A stretch of DNA of 64,000 nucleotides, from assembly GCA_963840855.1 (NCBI GenBank), contig CAWJBB010000072.1, forward strand, positions 1 to 64,000. Reading direction: 5' to 3'. This stretch comes from an uncultured delta proteobacterium. GTDB lineage: Bacteria; Desulfobacterota; Binatia; UBA9968. The notes beneath the pieces were generated by a model. It was not told the DNA's origin. It did not search any database and saw nothing but the letters and a program-made list of their open reading frames with translations. This document shows, piece after piece, positions 60,812 to 64,000 of this stretch; positions within the stretch are counted from its first letter, which is position 1, and the number at the start of each line of letters is the position of its first letter. The translations under genes and the position numbers were made by a program.

Positions 60812-60993
60812 TTCACCACGAAGGCACGAAGTGCACGAAGGGAAGAAGATTTAACCGCAAAGAGCGCAAAGTACACAAAAAGGAATCGGACTTGTAGGGG
60901 CAACCCCCTGTGGTTGCCCGTTCGAATGCGCAGAACGTGATTTCTTTAACAACCTATCTCGGAAACCTTCGTGCTCTTCGTGCTCGTGGTGAA
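60812..60993. repeat. Palindrome (ttcaccacgaag family) enclosing a GTAG-type REP
   Basis: Inverted arms; gtaggggcaaccccctgtggttgccc at 60894; related element at 62893-62976. Confidence 0.7.
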
Positions 60994-61041
60994 GATGGTC
61001 CTTTCTTCTTTGGCTGTGGCTCTACCCCGATGGCATAGATG

Positions 61042-61964
61042 TTAATTTTTCGCGCGACGAGAAACTAACCGGCGCGCGCGATTCCACGCTTCAACCAACC
61101 CGCCGGGTAGAAACAGCACGACTAGTATGAAAAGAACCCCGAAGATTATCAGATGGAACTCGACCCATCGTATCGCCAGCACTTCTTTTAAGATCACATA
61201 AAAGAGCGCGCCCAGCACCGGCCCGTGGACCGTTCCGACGCCGCCGATGAATGACATGAGCACGGCGTCGAAAGTCCAGGCTGGGGAAAAAGTATGCTGC
61301 GGGTAGTAACTGACATGATAGTAAGCAAAGGCGCCGCCGGCGAGTCCGGCCAGCGCCGTGGAGAGCGCTAAGCGCGAGCAGCTTGTGACGCAGCGCGCTC
61401 ACGCCCGGTGGCTTCCGCGGCGGCTTCGTCTTCGCGCACGGCGCGGATACCGAGACCGAGGCGCGAGGGGACCAACCATGCAACCACTCCTACACTCACC
61501 ATCGCCATGGTTAGAGTCAGATAATAGCGTGGTAAAATATTATACGAAGTAAGTTCCGCGGCGGGGATGGTGGAAATCTGCGGCAATAAATTCCCGATCG
61601 TGATGCGCAGTATCTCAGCCAATCCCAGAGTACCGATGGCGAAATAGGCGCCGCGCAGACGGAATGCCGGGACTCCGATAATCAATCCGAATAACATGGC
61701 CACGAGGGCGCCAGGAAAAAGCGCCAAGATCAGCGGCGTCCCGCCGACCCAAAGCGTGCGCGTGACCAGAGCGCCGAGTCCGAAAAATGCCGCGTGGCCG
61801 AGATTGATCTGGCCGGCGTATCCGCCGAGCAGATTCCAGCTCTGCGCCAGGACGACGGCGAGGAAAATTTGCACGCCGAGATTGAGCAGATCGCTGCGCA
61901 TCGTAAAGAGCGGCAGCGCGGCGAACGCCGCGGCGAGCAGGAGTCCCGCGCCAAGCAATTTCAT
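61042..61964 (-). CDS. livM: Branched-chain amino acid ABC permease (frameshift near 61400)
   Basis: WNLLGGYAGQINLGHAAFFG, RLRGAYFAI and AVREDE. Confidence 0.82.
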
Positions 61965-62833
61965 GCGCGTGCTCCGAAGAGCCCCTGGGGCCGCACCACC
62001 AAGACGATAAGGAAAAGAATCAGTCCGACGACTTCGCGATAGGGACCGCCGAGAAACACCACGCTCATCGCTTCAGCGAGGCCGAGGATGATGCCACCGG
62101 CGAAACTGCCGAAGAGCGAGCCGAGGCCGGCGAGAACTATGACGACCAGAGCTTTCAACGTCCACTCGATACCGATGGATGGACTGATCGAATAGGAAAT
62201 GCTGACGAGTCCTCCCGCGATTCCGGCGAGCGCGGTGCCGAGGGCGAAAGCGAGCAGGTAGGTTTTTCCGACCGGGATTCCCATCAGAGCCGCAGCTTCC
62301 CAATCTTCGGCGGTGGCGCGGATCGCGCGACCCCAACGCGCCTTGGCGAGAAACAGATGGAGCGCGGTGAGGATCGCGAACGCGAACACGAGGCTGCTCA
62401 AGCGCAACCACGGAATTGCCAAACCGCCTAGCCTTATCACCGCGCCGGCGTAAGCCGTGGTCACCGCGCGCTCATCCGCAGTCCATAGTCGAATGGCGAG
62501 GGCGTGCAAAACCAGCGTTAGGCCGAAACCGATGAGCAGCGAATTTTTGATGCGCGTTTCTTCGTGGGCTTTGACGACGAATTGAAACAGCGCCCAATAG
62601 AGCAGCATTCCAAGCACGAACATCGCCGGGGCGACAACGAGCAGCGAGACAAACGGATCGATCTGCCAAAGGGTGAAGAGCCAAAAAGTGCCGTAGCCGC
62701 CGAGCATGAGCAGCTCGCCGTGGGCGACGTTCAATACTCTGAGAACGCCGAACGTCAGCGAAAGCCCGGCGGCGGCTAAACCGTACAGACCGCCGACGAG
62801 CAGTCCGAGAATGAGTTGTTGGGTGAGCATCAT
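61961..62833 (-). CDS. livH: Branched-chain amino acid ABC permease
   Basis: GLSLTFGVLRVLNVAHGE and GRAIRA. Confidence 0.87.
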   Translation of the reverse strand: MMLTQQLILGLLVGGLYGLAAAGLSLTFGVLRVLNVAHGELLMLGGYGTFWLFTLWQIDPFVSLLVVAPAMFVLGMLLYWALFQFVVKAHEETRIKNSLLIGFGLTLVLHALAIRLWTADERAVTTAYAGAVIRLGGLAIPWLRLSSLVFAFAILTALHLFLAKARWGRAIRATAEDWEAAALMGIPVGKTYLLAFALGTALAGIAGGLVSISYSISPSIGIEWTLKALVVIVLAGLGSLFGSFAGGIILGLAEAMSVVFLGGPYREVVGLILFLIVLVVRPQGLFGARA

Positions 62834-62892
62834 CGAAATTTGTCGCTCAAAGGATTTTTAGCTGCAAAGACTCAAAGAACTCAAAGTAAAGA

Positions 62893-62976
62893 TTCACCAC
62901 GAAGGACACGAAGATCACGAAGTTTTAAGTAAATAATTTCCGAAACCTTCGTGTCCTTCGCGCGCTTCGTGGTGAA
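62893..62976. repeat. Intergenic palindrome (ttcaccacgaag family)
   Basis: ttcaccacgaaggacacgaag...cttcgtgtccttcg...cttcgtggtgaa. Confidence 0.7.
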
Positions 62977-63041
62977 AAAGTTTTTCGTCATACAGTACAA
63001 ACGTCAGGAACCGCCACCGGCAAATTTGTGCATCCTGCGAC

Positions 63042-63755
63042 TCATCGCGCCAACGGGCCCAGGTACGCGGCCCGAATATGGTCGTCGTCGAGCAGTTTCT
63101 TGCCGTCACCCTCGCCGACGATTCTGCCGCCTTCGAGGATGTAGGCGCGTTGGACCAGGGCCAGGACGGCGTGCACGTTTTGCTCGACGATCAACAGGCT
63201 CATGCCGTCGCGATGCAGCTCGGCGAGAATGGCAAAAATGGATTCGACGATCTTCGGCGCCAGGCCGAGCGATGGCTCGTCGAGCAGGAGCAGGCGGGGG
63301 AGCCCCATGAGCGCGCGGCCGAGAGCGAGCATCTGCTGCTCGCCGCCGGAAAGTAATCCCGCGGTTTGACGCTGGCGCTCGAAAAGGCGCGGGAAGAGCG
63401 AGAAGACTCGCTCCATCTGAGCGAGTTTTTCTTTTTGCGCACGGGCGGTGAAAGCGCCGAGCTCGAGATTTTCGCGCACGGACATCGCCGCGAAAAGTCT
63501 TCGCCCCTCCGGGACGAGAGCGATGCCATGCTCGACAATCCGTTGCGGTGACACGCCGCTGATCGTTTCATCGCGCCATCGGACCACGCCGTCGCGCGGT
63601 GCGAGCAGACCGGAAATCGTTTTCAATAGGGTCGACTTGCCGGCGCCGTTAGGGCCGACCAGGGCGACCATTTCGCCGGGGCGAATGATCAAGTCGACGC
63701 CGTGCAGCGCGAGAAGCGGGCCGTAGGCGACTTGCAAGTGTTCTACTTCGAGCAT
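63042..63755 (-). CDS. livF: Branched-chain amino acid ABC ATP-binding protein
   Basis: GPNGAGKST, VPEGRRLF, LSGGEQQM and DEPSLGLAP. Confidence 0.9.
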   Translation of the reverse strand: MLEVEHLQVAYGPLLALHGVDLIIRPGEMVALVGPNGAGKSTLLKTISGLLAPRDGVVRWRDETISGVSPQRIVEHGIALVPEGRRLFAAMSVRENLELGAFTARAQKEKLAQMERVFSLFPRLFERQRQTAGLLSGGEQQMLALGRALMGLPRLLLLDEPSLGLAPKIVESIFAILAELHRDGMSLLIVEQNVHAVLALVQRAYILEGGRIVGEGDGKKLLDDDHIRAAYLGPLAR

Positions 63756-63770
63756 CTTTTAATTAACAGC

Positions 63771-63805
63771 CGTTCCAATCGTTCCAACAGTTCCAAACGT
63801 TCCAA
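63771..63805. repeat. Nonamer tandem repeat (gttccaa)
   Basis: cgttccaatcgttccaacagttccaaacgttccaa. Confidence 0.6.
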
Positions 63806-63854
63806 ATGTCTATTCCGGAAGATTCTTCGAACGACTGGAACATTGCCTCACTCT

Positions 63855-64000
63855 TCAGATCGTTCCACCGAGATAGACTTCGACGACACATGGATCTTTC
63901 GCTACGTTGGCCGGCGCGCCTTCGGCGATTTTTTCGCCGGCGCTCAAGACCACGATACGATGCGAGAGATCGAGCAGTGCCCAGACGATATGCTCCACCA
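63855..64000 (-). CDS. livG: C-terminus of a LivG-like ATP-binding protein (cut by the window edge)
   Basis: VEHIVWALLDLSHRIVVLSAGEKIAEGAP...VVEVYLG. Confidence 0.8.
   Translation of the reverse strand, partial: VEHIVWALLDLSHRIVVLSAGEKIAEGAPANVAKDPCVVEVYLGGTI

Noticed and set aside
9060-61420. More than 15 single-base frameshifts, read as mass pseudogenisation or programmed frameshifting
   Set aside because: They are scattered over unrelated genes, often at short homopolymers, without accompanying decay; long-read consensus error is more likely. Needs a read-level check.

Overview
GC-rich bacterial chromosomal window. The gene repertoire and repeat families suggest a Candidatus Binatia-like deltaproteobacterial genome (inference only). 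Many scattered single-base frameshifts point to long-read consensus errors. (1) 4.2-16.2 kb: three diverged, mosaic tandem copies of a ~4 kb unit (MBL 3' end, SagB-like double nitroreductase, ABC substrate-binding protein, lipoprotein). (2) 16.4-23.5 kb: ordinary transport and hydrolase genes. (3) 23.5-33.2 kb: accessory island with a BrnT toxin-antitoxin pair packaged as an integron cassette with attC but no integrase, a ~1300-codon NACHT/STAND ATPase with a C-terminal PD-(D/E)xK nuclease split by an ISAzo13 and an ISNCY-like element, and a RAYT relic between inverted repeats. (4) 33.2-54.8 kb: divergent aromatic catabolism hub (PaaK-like ligase, hcrCAB-like molybdoenzyme, two UbiD enzymes, an unannotated 49-aa Zn-ribbon protein, acyl-CoA ligase and Rieske oxygenase on the minus strand; ABC importer, LigAB-like dioxygenase and ThDP enzyme on the plus strand). 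(5) PIN toxin-antitoxin pair, multi-GAF histidine kinase, cupin, substrate-binding protein and a liv-type ABC operon. REP-like palindromes of several families are abundant, and some are translated in frame in the N-termini of substrate-binding proteins. No rRNA, tRNA or CRISPR array was recognised. All calls come from reading motifs by eye; no database search was run.
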